Made by a program: the position numbers and the translations under genes. A DNA stretch of 64,000 nucleotides from the human T2T-CHM13v2.0 reference genome, Homo sapiens. Numbering within the stretch: the stretch's first letter is position 1; every line of letters begins with the position of its first letter. Of the stretch, positions 1-23,828 are shown in pieces. The notes below the pieces were generated by a model. The model searched no databases and was not told the DNA's origin. It worked only from the letters and a program-made list of their open reading frames with translations. The DNA is taken from assembly GCF_009914755.1 (NCBI RefSeq), contig NC_060927.1, one strand, 5' to 3'.

Positions 1-298
1 CCAGAAGTGGAGAGCTGAGGGAAAATCAGAACAAATGTCTCAAATCTCTCTCACCCCCTTTAATTTTCAAAAACTATAAATTAAAACAATAAGATGACTT
101 GAAGTGACTGCCTTGAAATCTAATAAGCAGATGTATTAGCTGCCTTTCCAGAAATGTTTGGGTGGAAAAAAAATTATTTGAATCGAATTTTGTGCTTTGA
201 ATAAATTTAAAGGATTACACATCAATTTTAGCCTTTGTAAAAACAATACTGTGTAACAAATCACTCACAATTCAGTGGCTTTTTAAAAATCCAAGCTC

Positions 299-598
299 GG
301 CCGGGCACGGTGGCTCACGCCTGTTATCCCAGCACTTTGGGAGGCCAAGGCGGGCAGATCAGTTGAGGTCAGGAATTCAAGACCAGCCTATCCAACACGG
401 TGAAAACCCATCTCTACTAAAAATACAAAAATTAGCCGGGCATGGTGGTACATGCCTGTAATCTCAGCTACTTGGGAGGCTGAGGCGGAAGAATTGCTTG
501 AACCTGGGAGGCGGAGCTTGGAGTGAGCCGAGATCTTGCCACCGCACTCCCGTCTGGGCAACAGAGCGAGACTCCGTCTCAAAAATAAAAATAAAAAC
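299..598 (+). mobile_element. Alu (AluS-type), full length
   Basis: GGCCGGGCACGGTGGCTCAC start, two arms, A-rich tail. Confidence 0.95.
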
Positions 599-609
599 TA
601 AAAACCCAA

Positions 610-1324
610 CCTAAACCTCCGATTTGGCAATGAATTTTAGATACAACACAAAAGCACAATCCACAAAAGAAAAAATTGTTAAGCTGGACTTCCTTAACAG
701 TAAAAACTTATAACTAATCGTAGTGGCTCATGCCTGTAATCCCAGCACTTGATCTCTCAGAAGCAAGAGGATCACTTGAGACTAGGAGTTCGGCACCAGC
801 CTCGCCAACATAACAAGATCCAATCTCTACCAAAAAAACAAAAACAAGCAAACAAAAAACTCTTATCCTCTGCAAAAGAGTATGAAAACACAAGCCACAG
901 ACCAGGAGAAAATATTTGCTGAGCACCTCTCTGATAAAGGATTTGTATTTAAAATATACATAGAACTCACAAAATTTAATAAGATATGAAACAACCCAAT
1001 ATAAAAATGGGCAAAAGAAACGAACAGATACATCAACAAAGAAGACACACAGATGAAAAAAAAACTATGAAAAGATGCTCTACATCATATGTCATTAAGG
1101 AACTGCAAATTAAAACAGTGAGATACCACTACATACCTATTAGAATGGCCAAAATAACCTACGGCCATGCCACCCTGAACATTCCCCATCTTGCCTAGAA
1201 TGGCCAAAATCCAAAGCACTGACAACACCAAATCCTGGAAAGGATGGGAAACGGCAGGAACTCTTATTTATTGCTAGTGGAGACACAAAATAGTATAGCC
1301 ACTTTGGAAGACAGTTTGATGGCT

Positions 1325-1325
<1 letters not shown>
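610..1325 (+). mobile_element. Old L1 (L1M-type) ORF2 3' fragment, interrupted by an Alu monomer (~720-860) and a 5S fragment
   Basis: ORF 986-1198 contains L1 ORF2 C-terminal-like text (KRCSTSYVIKELQIKTVRYHY). Confidence 0.85.
1157..1196 (+). pseudogene. Tailless 5S rRNA retropseudogene (5S nt ~1-40)
   Basis: ACCTACGGCCATGCCACCCTGAACATTCCCCATCTTGCCT matches 31/40 to the 5S 5' end; flanked by direct repeat TAGAATGGCCAAAAT at 1141-1155 and 1196-1210. Confidence 0.85.
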
Positions 1326-3257
<1,932 letters not shown>

Positions 3258-4154
3258 GCCTGTTTTAATTTCTAACCGCAGCAAATAATCCACACCAACA
3301 GGACTCTTTGGCATTCTCAATAATTTTTAAAAGTAGTTAAAAGGTCCTGAGCCCAAAACGTGTGAGAGTTGTTGTTCTAGAGTAACTAGCATTGAAAGTT
3401 CTTTCACAAAGCTGACTGCAAATAAGGAAGATTTGGTGACACATAGAACCAGGTGGTAAAAATACAGGATGAGGGAAGGGCTTTCGAAATGGAGGCAAAC
3501 AGAATAGGATCAGAAAATCTGAGCTGGAGATTAGTACAAAAGGGAGGAGGGACTAAATCTTTTATTGTCTCTGGGGTGTAGATCATTTACCTGCTCACTG
3601 TAGACTCGTGCCTGACAAATATAATTGCCTGGCAACCTCGGCTATTAGTTGTTTGAGACAGAGATATGATTGTAGATTCTGGCTGTATGTAATAATAATA
3701 CCTCTTAAATTGCATCTGGCACTTAGGGACGCTGTCTAAATCCCTTGTGGCATCATTATTCATAGTTGCCTTCTGTGTTCATTTTACTTATAAAGAAATT
3801 GAAAACTCAGAAAAGAGTGTGTGGCTTTGGATTTAGGTAGCCCCGGATTAAAAATCCTGCCTAATGCTGGCTTCATCCGCTGTGTGAGAAGGTAACCATT
3901 TCAAGCCTGCACTGCTGAAGGAAGCACCAGTGTCCTGGCAACACCTCCTGTGTCCTGACTTTGGCTTTGGTTCTCACAGTGTGGTTTCCTCTGTTCTTTC
4001 CCACCGTTTGAGCCTGATTCTCCAGCTTTTCCAGTAAGTCTTGGGGCCACTGAAACTTTTACAATAAATTCATTTTCTTTTTACAGCAATGAATGAGGGT
4101 TCCAATTTCTCCATGTCCTCATGAACACTTGTTATTAACCATCTTTTTTTATTA

Positions 4155-5958
<1,804 letters not shown>

Positions 5959-6439
5959 TATGGTCATTCTAGTCAGGGTTGATTTCCACCATTTGCAGCT
6001 AAGATAACTGTGGCTAATCTCAAAATCAATTGAATAATAAATGTTTCATGGAAAGCCCTCATATATAATCCTTCAACTTTCAAGTTTAGGGATTACTTTT
6101 GACTTATATGAAGACAGACCAACAAGAAGTCAGTATTGTATAAGCCCAGAAGGCAAGGACACTTGCCCATAAGCCATAAAGAACTTTCTACACTTTTGGA
6201 AAGGATAGCTCCTAAAAATACATGTGCCCAACTTCCAAGTGTCAACACTCGCACATCTTTGCCTGAAGGCTCTCTCTGGTTCTGAAATCTTTACACAAAT
6301 CAGGCCACAAGCTCCAGGGAATCAAATATATCCCAAGAGCATTCTTCAAACCAATGATGGTTAGAAGATGGTAGATAAATACTCCAGCTCCCTCCACCCC
6401 CAGGCAGGATAAAAATTTTTTAAAAATATTTTGTCCCTC

Positions 6440-7320
6440 TTATTTTTATTAAGATATAATTCACATACCATAAAGCTCATACTTTTAAGGTGTACAATTC
6501 AGTGGTTTTTAGTATATTAACTAAAAATAGCTGCGCAACCATCACCACTGTTTAATTTCAGTTCATTTTCATCACTCCAAACAAAAATTCTGTACTTATT
6601 AGCAGTAATTCCCCATTCCACCCTCCCACCAGCTGCTAGCAAACGCTAATCTATTTTCCATCTCTATGGATTTGCCTATTCTGGAAATTTTATATAAATT
6701 TTATATAAAACATATTGTATGGAGTCATATAATATGTGGGCTTTTATGACTGGCTTCTGTCACTTAACATAATGTTTTCAAGATTCATTCATGTTGTACC
6801 ATATATCAATAATCTATTTCTTTTTATTGCTGAAATCTATTTCATTGCATGGATATACCACATTTTGTTTAACCACTCATCAGTTGATGGACACTTGGAT
6901 TTTTTTTCCGCTTTTGGCTATTCTGAATAATGCTGCTGTGAATATTCATGTACGAGTTTCATGCGAATATTTTTTTCAATCTTCTTGGGTATGTAACAAC
7001 TGGGAGTGGAGTTTCTGGGTCATAGGATAACTCTATGTTTAACTTTTTAAGAACTGGAAAACTGTTTTCCAAGGCAGTTATGCCAGTTTTCATTCATACC
7101 AGCAATGAATGAGAGTTCTAATTCCTTCACATTCTCACTAACATTTGTTATTATCGTCTTTTTAATTGTGGTTATCCTGGTGGGTGTGACATATCTCATT
7201 GTGGTTTTGATTTGTGTTTCCCTAATGATGAATGATGTTGAACATCTTTTCTTGTACTTACTGGCCATTTGTATATCTTCTTGGGAAAAATATCTATTCA
7301 AATCTTTACCCATTACTGTT
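6440..7320 (-). mobile_element. L1MB-type 3' region
   Basis: Minus ORF 7047-7313 (KDLNRYFSQEDIQMASKYKKRCSTS) resembles the L1 ORF2 C-terminus, followed by L1 3'UTR. Confidence 0.88.
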
Positions 7321-7454
7321 GGGGTCTGTCTGGCAGGATAATTTTGAGTTGTACATTCTACACTGTCTGCCAGAGTTCTCCAGTGGGATTAGGATCTATT
7401 TGCTCACACTGGTGACTTGATTGATAACACATCTTTTATCTGTGCTCTCCCTTC

Positions 7455-9430
<1,976 letters not shown>

Positions 9431-10210
9431 CTCTGCCTCTTCATAGATTTTATTTTTCTTGCTGTCTTACTTATTGTCATATTTGACCATTTCTAAAATT
9501 CTGGCATTCTTTCAATTAGTTATACCTTCCTTCTTTCCTCCCTTCCTTTATTGGACAACCTCATCTGAGCACCTACTATGGGCTAAGTGCTATGCAAGGT
9601 ACTGCAGGGATACAATTATGTATCCAGACTCTACCCTCAAGGTATTTACAGTCAGTGCATTTCCTCGATGGCCCTGTTACTGGTCTTAATTAAAATGAGC
9701 TAACCTTTGGGAAAGGACATTGCAAACACTGCAGGTGCAAAAGGTAGTAGAAAGCTAACAACAAAGAGAGTGGTCCAAGATTTGAAGTCCTGGTTTTCAC
9801 AAAGTATAGATAGGACTGACTTTCCCTAAGTGGGCACTGACACTGTGAAGACCGGTCACACCCTCACCCAAAGGCTGTCACTGTGGACTTCACCATCACC
9901 TCCAACCTCACTCCCCACCCCTGCAAGAAGTGCAGCTTTCTGCAAAACATTTGAGCCACTTTTTTTTTGGCAAATTTCCCACAGATCAGTCTCAAGAAAT
10001 GCTTGACAAAACACTTGGTCCCTAAAGAGTCTTATCTTTTACAAGTACATACTGAAATATTTACGGATGAAATGATATGATGTCAGGGATTTGCTTCAGA
10101 ACAAAATGTGTGGGAGGAAGTGGGTGGGATATCGATGAAACAAGACTGACCATGAGTTAATAATTGTTGAAGCTGGGTAATGGAACACAGGGGCTTATCA
10201 TACTATTCTA

Positions 10211-10565
<355 letters not shown>

Positions 10566-11472
10566 AAAATTACAAATTTAAAAGGTTAAGGAGGAAAATT
10601 TTGTCACTATATTTTACCTATGTCATTGTCATAAGCTTATCATTTGAATATATTTTACTGTATAAATATTCGCCTAGATTTTAAAAATAAATAAGCACAG
10701 GTATATAAATATTTGACAAAGCAGTTATCTTCTACAACCACTTGAATCACAGCAGGGAAGAGAAAGTGCTAGATATCTTGCCTGCGGCTAGCCTTGGAAC
10801 AATAATGGTCCTGTCCTCAGAGAAGAAACACATGAAACTCTCAAACTTCATTCCAGTAACTGGACTTAAAGGGTTAAACATACCATATGGGGAAAGATAG
10901 TTTAACTTGATTAAGAGATAACTGTGGCTCTTTATGATGGAAATGGTGAACTGGCTTGACCCATCTCAGATTTTCGTATATTAACTTCCAGGTAGCATGT
11001 TAGCATTAGCTTGGGATCATGAAACTATGGTTTTCAGCCTCAGTGTGAATCTGAGAAAAACAACTGAAATGAATAGAATTTTCTTTGGAACTTCTTTATC
11101 TGCATTTTCAGTACTTGTGTAGGGGAAAGAGCTCAAGCATTAGAGCCAAAAATTGAACTTGACTTCCATCTCAGATCTCAGGCAGGTTCCATAACCTCCC
11201 CAAACCCGTTTCCTCATCTATAAAATATAAAATAATGTCTACTTTGCATGGATGCTGTGAGGGTTATGGGTAATGTATATAAAATGGCTCTCCCACCACA
11301 GACAACTAATGAGAGCTTAGTGTGTTTATAATTGCATGTTCCTCTTTACCCCTCCCCACATCTCCCATACAGTACTTGGCAACAGTAAGAATCTAAAAAT
11401 GTTTGCTGAATTAAATTAAACCCTAATTAGATGGTAGATAGATGGAGTTAGTGGGAGGAAGTGTTAAGACTA

Positions 11473-11788
<316 letters not shown>

Positions 11789-12984
11789 CTGTACCAAAAT
11801 CCGCCCTTGGCACATGACTTGTTCACATGAGAGCTTCATCTCCCACTTCCTGTCCCTCACATCTAATCAATTACCAAGTTCTATCTATTCAAGCTCCCAG
11901 CATCACTAGAATCTACTCACTTCCCTTAGATCCTGCTGCTACCACCTTAGTTCAAGATTCATCTCTCTCACCCGGTCTATAGCAAAGGCTGGTCCCCTCA
12001 ATCTGTTCTCGCCCCCTACAGTCCTTTCTCTTCACTGTAGCTGGAGGGATTTTTTTTCCTTTTTTTAATTATGAAAAATTTAAAACATTCACAAAAATTG
12101 AGAATATAATGAACACCCATGTACTCATCACCCAGCTTCATTCAATTATCAATGAATGGCCAATTTTGTTTCACATATACCCCACCCACTCTCCCCAACG
12201 TTCTTGGATTATTGGAAGCAAATTCCAGAAGCCATCGCATTGGAAGGGGAGTCTTTTCATGGATTCAGAATAAAACTCAAAATCCTTCACAGGGCTTGCC
12301 AGGTCCTTGATCTCTGCTGACTTCTCCAACTACAGATTCTAGCTTGCTATTCCCCAGACTGAGACCTAAGCAAGCCAGCCTTCCCTCAGTTCCTTCAACA
12401 TTCATGTTGCTTCTTTCGGTCCCTGCGGCCTTCAGGCTGCTTTCAATGCCCAGAAAGCCTGTTATCATCTTCTTTCACCCTGTTTGCTGGGCTTTAGCTG
12501 CTCATGTCTTTGCTATCACTTTGAATATCACCTTCTCAAGAGGCCCCCAGCTCAGGCTAGGTGTCCCCTTGCTCTCTTGGCACCTTCTGCTTCTCCTGAA
12601 ATTATCAATACATAATTTTGTAGTTAATCATGTAAAGCTGCCGTCCCTGTTAAAAATTAGCTCTATGGCATAGGAACCATGTCTGTTTTGTACCCTGCTG
12701 AAGCACCCCGTGCACAGCTCCATACCTTCTGTATAGGAGGCACCTAATAAATATGTGTTGAATGACATCCCCAAGAAAGGTAAATACAAAAGCCACATGC
12801 ATTTCACATTATAAATTGCTTATATACTTAGACCAGTGTCTTAAACCTGTTATAACCACAAGAAAAATGCCCAGGCCTTTAATTTTAGGTGTATTTTGTT
12901 ACAGTCAATACGACTTTTTAAAAAGATTCTGAGCTGCATATTATGCTAGACACTGAAGGTTCAAAGATAAATAATACACTGCAA

Positions 12985-13485
12985 AATGATAAAAAACTAC
13001 AACAAACTTAGTTTAAAGAGCTCAGTTGACTTTATGTGAGAGTCTGTAATTGGGCAACACTCCATTCCATAAAACAGAGTAAGTGTTCCGATAAGCTGAG
13101 CAGATGAGGTTGGCTTTATAGACAAAGAAGGACGGAAGAAAGCACAAGCAAAGAATGAAAATTGCATTGATCCTTTCAAAGCCACTTTTCTTGTAAGGTG
13201 GGGACAGGAAGACAGAATAATAGAAAAATAACTGATTAGTTAATATTAGGTTACTTCAGGCTACTTCTGTTGTACAAAGGTTAAAGCAGAGATTTAACCG
13301 GGCCTGTATGAGAAACTGGCTGTTATCTCTCCTGATTTCTCGGAAGGTCAGACAACAACCTAGTTTGGATTTGGTGATGTGGAACTTTATCAAAGTTAAC
13401 TCCATTCTGATTTTTAGTCTGGTCTGTTGGAGCCTAGTGCAGAAACTTAGCCCAAAACAATAGCCCCCCGTAATTTTTATTTAAC
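12985..13485 (-). mobile_element. ERV1 solo LTR (MER31/MER67-like, subfamily uncertain)
   Basis: Minus strand begins GTTAAATAAAAATTACGGGGGGCTATTGTTTTGGGCTAAG..., resembling this LTR group as recalled. Confidence 0.55.
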
Positions 13486-14539
13486 TACACAGATCCTGCC
13501 CTCAAGAGTTGCGTCTAGAGATAAAGACAGCCATTTAATGCTGTGATAATTGGTCATTTCTCATACTATATGTAGAAGGCAGAATATTTCATTAGCCAGG
13601 GAATCTGTAAAGTGTCAAACAACTAGAAATAAGCAAAAATTTGCCATAAAACAACAGCTAACATTTACTGGGTCCTTCTTTTTGGCCAAGTACGGTGAAA
13701 GCATTTTTCACATATGATTTCATTGAATTCTTACAACATCCTTTGAGACTTACCTTATGCTTCCTATTTTACAGATGGAAAAAGTCTACCAACACGTTGA
13801 AAATTTAGGTAACACTTTCTAAGTTACCCAGGAGTTGAAACCAGGGAGTCTGACCCCAAGGGTATACTCTTACCCTCTATGCTGAGGTTAACAAGCAATC
13901 TTCGAGTACTGCTGCAAGAAAAAAATAAAACAAAGGACACTTTTTAATTAATCACTGCTTCCCACTTCATGTCCTGGTTTCAAAGTTATGTGTGTACACT
14001 TTCATAGGAAAATAGCAGATGTTGTGAAACCTGTTACTGATAAGGCTAGGTTCCTATGGGTCCAAGGCACTAACCATTGAATTTGGACTTTGTACCAAAT
14101 ATTTCCTATAGAGAGAAATAAGCTAGAAACTCTCAAGGTGTGAAGCTACTGCCTACCTTGAACCTAGCCTGTCTTCTTGGCCAGATTGAAAGCTCTGCAT
14201 TCTTTTCTTCTTGTGCAGTACACCTTGTTGGCTTACCTCCTACAGATGGGATCTAGTCAAGAGGAAATTCATTATATTTTAAAACGGATAAATTGTTCAG
14301 ATGAGTTACATGCTTGGAACTTAAACCATGGCAAAAAAAATTCTGTATTAATTATGCATATTTGGGAGTTTGCTTTTTAACTTTTAATTAAGGGAAATTT
14401 CCATCATATGCAAAAATAGACCATGTAATATAATCAACCCCCACGTACTCTTCACCCTGCTTCACACAGACACTTTTTCGTGGATCCATATTGCCTCCTC
14501 TGTCTTAACTAAGCCATTGCTGGATGAAAAGAAACCCTA

Positions 14540-14885
14540 GAGCAGCATTGTTTAATGTGAGCCAGATATGTAATTTTACCTTTTCTAGTCACCACATTTG
14601 AAAAGTAAGAAGAAACAAGTGAAATAAACTGTAACCGTACATTGTATTTAACCTAATATATTAAAAATATGATCATTCCAGTACTATCAATATAAAAGTT
14701 ATTATCGAGATATTTTATATTCTTTCTTTTGTACTAAGTCTTTGAAATGCGGTGTACATTTTGCAATTACAGCATATTACAATCTGGACGGGCTTAATAT
14801 TTTAAGGGCTTAGTAGCCATATGTGATATAAGTTAAATACACTAGTTTGTGATTAGTGGCTACCATATTGAACAGAACAGCCCTA
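14540..14885. mobile_element. hAT MITE (MER33/MER3-like)
   Basis: TAGTAGCCATATGTG...TAGTGGCTACCATATTGAACAG motifs. Confidence 0.65.
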
Positions 14886-14905
14886 AAGCGCCTAGGGTAA
14901 GAGAG

Positions 14906-15649
14906 TAAGGACTAAGCTCTGATTTTTCTCTTGTCCAAATTCCTATCTAAGGAGCCTGGGGAGTCATGCCCTACAAACCATAAATTCTCATCAGATGGGG
15001 TTTATTTAACCCTGTATATTGTGACTTACTTTCCAATCTGACTCTAGCATAACAAGAAAGAAAATCGAAATATTTTACCCCAAAACATGTTTCTCTGCCA
15101 TATCTTGAAATGGCCCTGAAAAGCCATCCCTTATGGGAAAAATCCACATTCTATAGAGAATCCCCTTTCTACTTTGTTTTCCTTCCTTTTTTTCCAGATC
15201 CAGGAGATAATCAACTAAGAGCCAGGTACCCTTTTAGGTCCTATTCGAAACATTTTACAACCTGCTCTCTCTGCAGTCTGCTAAGTTGGTCTCCACAACC
15301 CTTTATCTTAACTTAAACATTTCTTTTCTGGTGATGCCAGGTCTTCAGATAAACTCAACCAACAGTCAACCAGAAAATGTTTAAATTTACCTACAGCCCG
15401 GAAGCAACCCCCGCCCCGCCCCACTTTGAGTTGTCCTGCTTTTCCAAACCAAACCAATGTGTTTCTTAAATGTTTTCTATTGATGTCTCATACTTCCCTA
15501 AAACATATAAAACCAGGCTGTACCCCCACCACCTTGGGCACATGTTCTCAGGACCTCCTGAGGGCTGTGTCACAGGCCATGGCCACTCATATTTGGCTCA
15601 GAATAAATCTCTTAGAATATTTTACAGAGTTTGACTCTTTTCATCGACA
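14906..15649 (+). mobile_element. ERV1 solo LTR, MER4 group (subfamily uncertain)
   Basis: Starts TAAGGACTAAGCTCTGAT; ends ...GAATAAATCTC...GACTCTTTTCATCGACA with an LTR poly(A) signal; near 4-bp TSD AGAG/GGAG. Confidence 0.8.
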
Positions 15650-15694
15650 GGAGTAAACAGCTATTTTGCAATTTACCCGAAAATAATGCTACTA

Positions 15695-17537
<1,843 letters not shown>

Positions 17538-17976
17538 TCAGAAGGAAGTATGAGAGATCAGAGAGGAAGATGAAGTAATCGGCTTCAGTAAGGAAAAAAA
17601 TGATACATAACATTAAAGTATTTTGGAAATGAAAATCACAATAGAAGCAGTAAGAAGCATAGAAATGCTGAAAAAAGAATCCATGACTTGGAAAACAGGG
17701 TTAAGAAAAATATAGAGGGCAGAGATAAAAGAAAAGACAGTGGTTATCCATAATATGGAAGAACAATATATTAGATTATGATAGAATAATATATAATATA
17801 GATAGATATGAGGAAAAACAGTACTCAGGAAATATGGCACTGATCAACCCTTCTTGGAAAAGTTACTTGCAAAATCTAGACAATCAAGAGACAGTTCAAG
17901 ATAAAGAATTCAAGAATGGAAAAGACTTTGCTTTAATGGATTGTTAGTGAGTACTGACCCCATTTAAATATCAAGA

Positions 17977-18609
17977 GGTTACTGGAAAGGGGTCCTGATC
18001 CAGACTCCTAAAGGGTTCCTGGATCTCATGAAGAAAGAATTTGGGGTTAGTCCATAGAGTAAAGTGAAAGCAAGTTTACTAGAGAAGTAAAGAAACAAAA
18101 GAATGGCTATTCCATAGACGGAGCAGCCCTGAGGGCTGCTGGTTGGCTATTTTTATGGTTATCTCTTGATTATATGCTAAACAAGTGGTGGATTATTCAT
18201 GAGCTTTCCAGGAAAGGGGCAGGTAATTCCTGGAACTGAGGGTTCCTCCCCGTTTTAGACCATATGGGGTAGCTTCTGGACATTGCCATGGCATTTGTAA
18301 ACTGTCATGGCACTGTTGGGAGTGTCTTTTAGCAGGCAAATGTATTATAATTTATGTATAATGAGCAATGAGGATGATCAGATGTCACTTTCATCACCAT
18401 CTTGGTTTTGGTGGGTTTTGGCCGTCTTCTTTACCACATCCTGTTATCCTGTTGAGATACAGGTTGTTATGACCTGTATCTCGTGACTTCCTATCTCATC
18501 CTGTGACTATGAATGCCTGACCTCGTGGAAATGCAGCCCAGTGGTCTCAGCCTCATTTTACCCAGCCCCTATTCAAGATGGAGTTGCTCTGGTTTGAACT
18601 CCCCTGACA
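17977..18609 (-). mobile_element. MER41 (MER41B-like) ERV1 solo LTR
   Basis: Minus strand starts TGTCAGGGGAGTTCAAACCAGAGCAACTCCATCTTGAATAGGGGCTGGGTAAAATGAGGCTGAGACC, the MER41 5' end; ~630 bp. Confidence 0.88.
18206..18235. promoter_or_regulatory. Tandem STAT GAS motifs within MER41
   Basis: TTCCAGGAA (18206-18214) and TTCCTGGAA (18227-18235), both fit TTC-N3-GAA. Confidence 0.6.
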
Positions 18610-18945
18610 AAACTGAGGTAAACAATAGCAAGAATTACAAACTGCAGAGCAGAATGAGTTGCAGGGTTGACACTGTCAATGTAAACACAGTCAGGTAGTC
18701 TAGGAGGGCATGCTAGGCCTCTGGGCCAACAGTCACCAACAGTGGGGCCTTCACTGGAGCAGCCACCAAAGCATGGCTCAGCATTGCTCCCCTCTGCAGA
18801 GGCAAGCCTGGCTCTCTGTTTCTTCCAGAGATTCTGTGGGCTTCCTTGTTAAAAAGAATTTTTCTGTAGATTCTGTTTTACTATGGATTCTGTTGTTTGT
18901 CATTAAGACTCTGACTGATAAACCATTCAAATGAAATTTAAGAAA

Positions 18946-21076
<2,131 letters not shown>

Positions 21077-21560
21077 TTAGGAAATGCAGAAACAAGATGC
21101 GAGTCAAATAGTGGTTTTTAATGAAATTTTAGATTGAGTTTGCTGTGACAAAGCATCTAAGATCCGAATAGGCAAAAAGATTTGTCTAAGAGGTGAAACC
21201 AGGACATTAATATGTGATTCACAACCTACAAATTGGTCAGGGAACAATTTGGTGGAGGCTGGAAATTGGTAGATAAGAATGATCTCAATGATCCTTTATT
21301 AGTCACTCGCCAAATGCCAGGCATTATGTCTTCTTGTTTTTACAACTTCTCATTTTAGAATACATACCTTAATTCCACAAACTTGCCCATTAGTCATTGG
21401 CTAGTATAAATGGAAGGTCTGAAACTCGAACTTGGGTTGTCTTATGCCAAAGCACATCCTTTTCCTGCTATAACGCCCTGTATTAAGTAAGGTTGGCTAG
21501 ATTGACTTTTAAGGTTGTTAACTGAAAAAAATCACACGATTTATAAATTTAGAAAAGATT

Positions 21561-21960
<400 letters not shown>

Positions 21961-22059
21961 TCAGAGACAGGCACTTTGAAGGAGGAGAGATTAAAATAAA
22001 GCTCCTGAAAGGGTTGGTTAAACATACATATTCAACAGGTTACAGGAGGAGCTACGAAT

Positions 22060-22575
22060 TGCCAAGACCGGCTCGGTCAGGGAGACCGTAACCCAGCAGT
22101 GCTAGAGTAATTAAAGACATACACACAGAAATATAGAGGTGTGGAGTGGGAAATCAGGGGTCTCACAGCCTTCAGAGCTGCTGAGAGCTTCGAACAGAGA
22201 TTTACCCACATATTTATTGACAGCAAGCCAGTGATAAGCATTGTTTCTACAGACTGTAGATTAACTAAAAGTATTCCTTATGGGAAATAAAGGGATGGGC
22301 CGAAATAAAGGGATGGGTTTGGCTAGTTGTCTGCAGCAAGAGCATGTTCTTAAGGCACAGATGGCTCATGCTATTCTTTGTGGTTTAAGAACGCCTTTAA
22401 GCCGTTTTCCGCCCTGGGTGGGCCAGGTGTTCCTTGCCCTCATTCTGGTAAACCCACAACCTTCCAGTGTGGGCATCATGGCCATCATGAACATGTTACA
22501 GTGCTGCAGAGATTTTGTTTATGGCCAGTTTTGGGGCCAGTTTATGACCAGATTTTGGAGGGCCTGTTCCCAACA
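22060..22575 (-). mobile_element. MER9a solo LTR (HERV-K HML-3)
   Basis: Minus strand TGTTGGGAACAGGCCC...AAACTGGCCCCAAAACTGGCCATAAACAAAATCTCTGCAGCAC; 6-bp TSD ACGAAT/ATGAAT. Confidence 0.88.
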
Positions 22576-22943
22576 ATGAATATTCATGGTAGTCCTGATG
22601 CACACGTACTGAACAAACATGCATGTAACATACATTCATTTTGGAGTGGATACTTAACATTGAAATGTATTACAATTCGGACACACACATCAAAGTATCT
22701 TTTCAGGATACAAAAAAGAGCACGACCTCTGTAAACCAACTAGAACCAGTCCATGGTCAGTGGTCTTATTAAGAGAAAGTTACTGAAATCAGTCTCTTGT
22801 CCAATCAAAGCTGTGGTTTTACGGCTGATGGGACAGGGGCTGAGGATCAATTAGCATCTGACGGAGCCGCAAATAGTTTTAATATTGCTTATCTCAAGGT
22901 CAGTGCTTGTTTAGCTGCTACAGAAAAAGAAAACCCTTATAAT

Positions 22944-23828
22944 TGTGAACCCCAAAAATCCGAGACAGGTCTCAGTTAATTTAGAAAGTTCATTTTGCCA
23001 AGACTGAGGATGCATGCCTGCCCACGACCCAGACTCAGGAGGTCCTCACCACATGTGCCCTAGGGGGTCAGAGCACAGTTTGGTTTTATACATTTTAGGG
23101 AGACATGAGACGACATCAGTCAACACATGTAAGATGAACATTGGCTCGGTCTGGAACGGCAGGACAACTTGAAGCAGGGAGGATGTCAGGCCTCTGAGCC
23201 CAAGCTAAGCCGTCATATCCCCAGTGACCTGCACGTATACATCCAGACGGCCTTAAGCAACTGAAGATCCACGAAAGAAGTGAAAATAGCCTTAACTGAT
23301 GACATTCCACCATTGTGATTTATTGCTGCCCCAACCTGACTGATCAATGTACTTTGTAATCTCCCCCACCCTTAAGAAGGTTCTTTGTAATTCTCCCCAC
23401 CCTTGAGAATGTACTTTGTGAGATCCACCCCTGCCCGCAAAACATTGCTCCTAACTCCACCGCCTATCCCAAAACCTGTAAGAACTAATGATAATCCACC
23501 ATCCTTTGCTGACTCCTTTTTCGGACTCAGCCCACCTGCACCCAGGTAAATAAACAGCCTTGTCGCTCACACAAAGCCTGTTTGGTGGTCTCTTCACACA
23601 GATACCTGAGAAAGAGGAGGCTTCCTGGTCATAGGTAGAGAAGAAACAAATGATTGCATTCTTTTGAGTTTCTGATTAGCCTCTGATTAGGCTCTTTCAT
23701 TTATACTAGCCAGTGACTAATGGGTGACTTTGAATAGAATGGGAGGCAGGTTTGCCCTAAGCAGTTCCCAGCTTGACTTTTTCTTTTAGCTTAGTGATTT
23801 GGGGGCCTCAAGATATTTTCCTTTCACA
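22944..23828 (-). mobile_element. MER4A-type solo LTR (interrupted by LTR7B)
   Basis: Minus strand TGTGAAAGGAAAATATCTTG...GTCAAGCTGGGAACTGCTTAGGGCAAACCTGCCTCCCATTC; 4-bp TSD TAAT. Confidence 0.85.
23184..23613 (+). mobile_element. Solo HERV-H LTR (LTR7B/LTR7Y-type)
   Basis: TGTCAGGCCTCTGAGCCCAAGCTAAGCC...GCAACTGAAGATCCAC...; AATAAA near 23549; 5-bp TSD GAGGA (23179-23183, 23614-23618). Confidence 0.9.
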
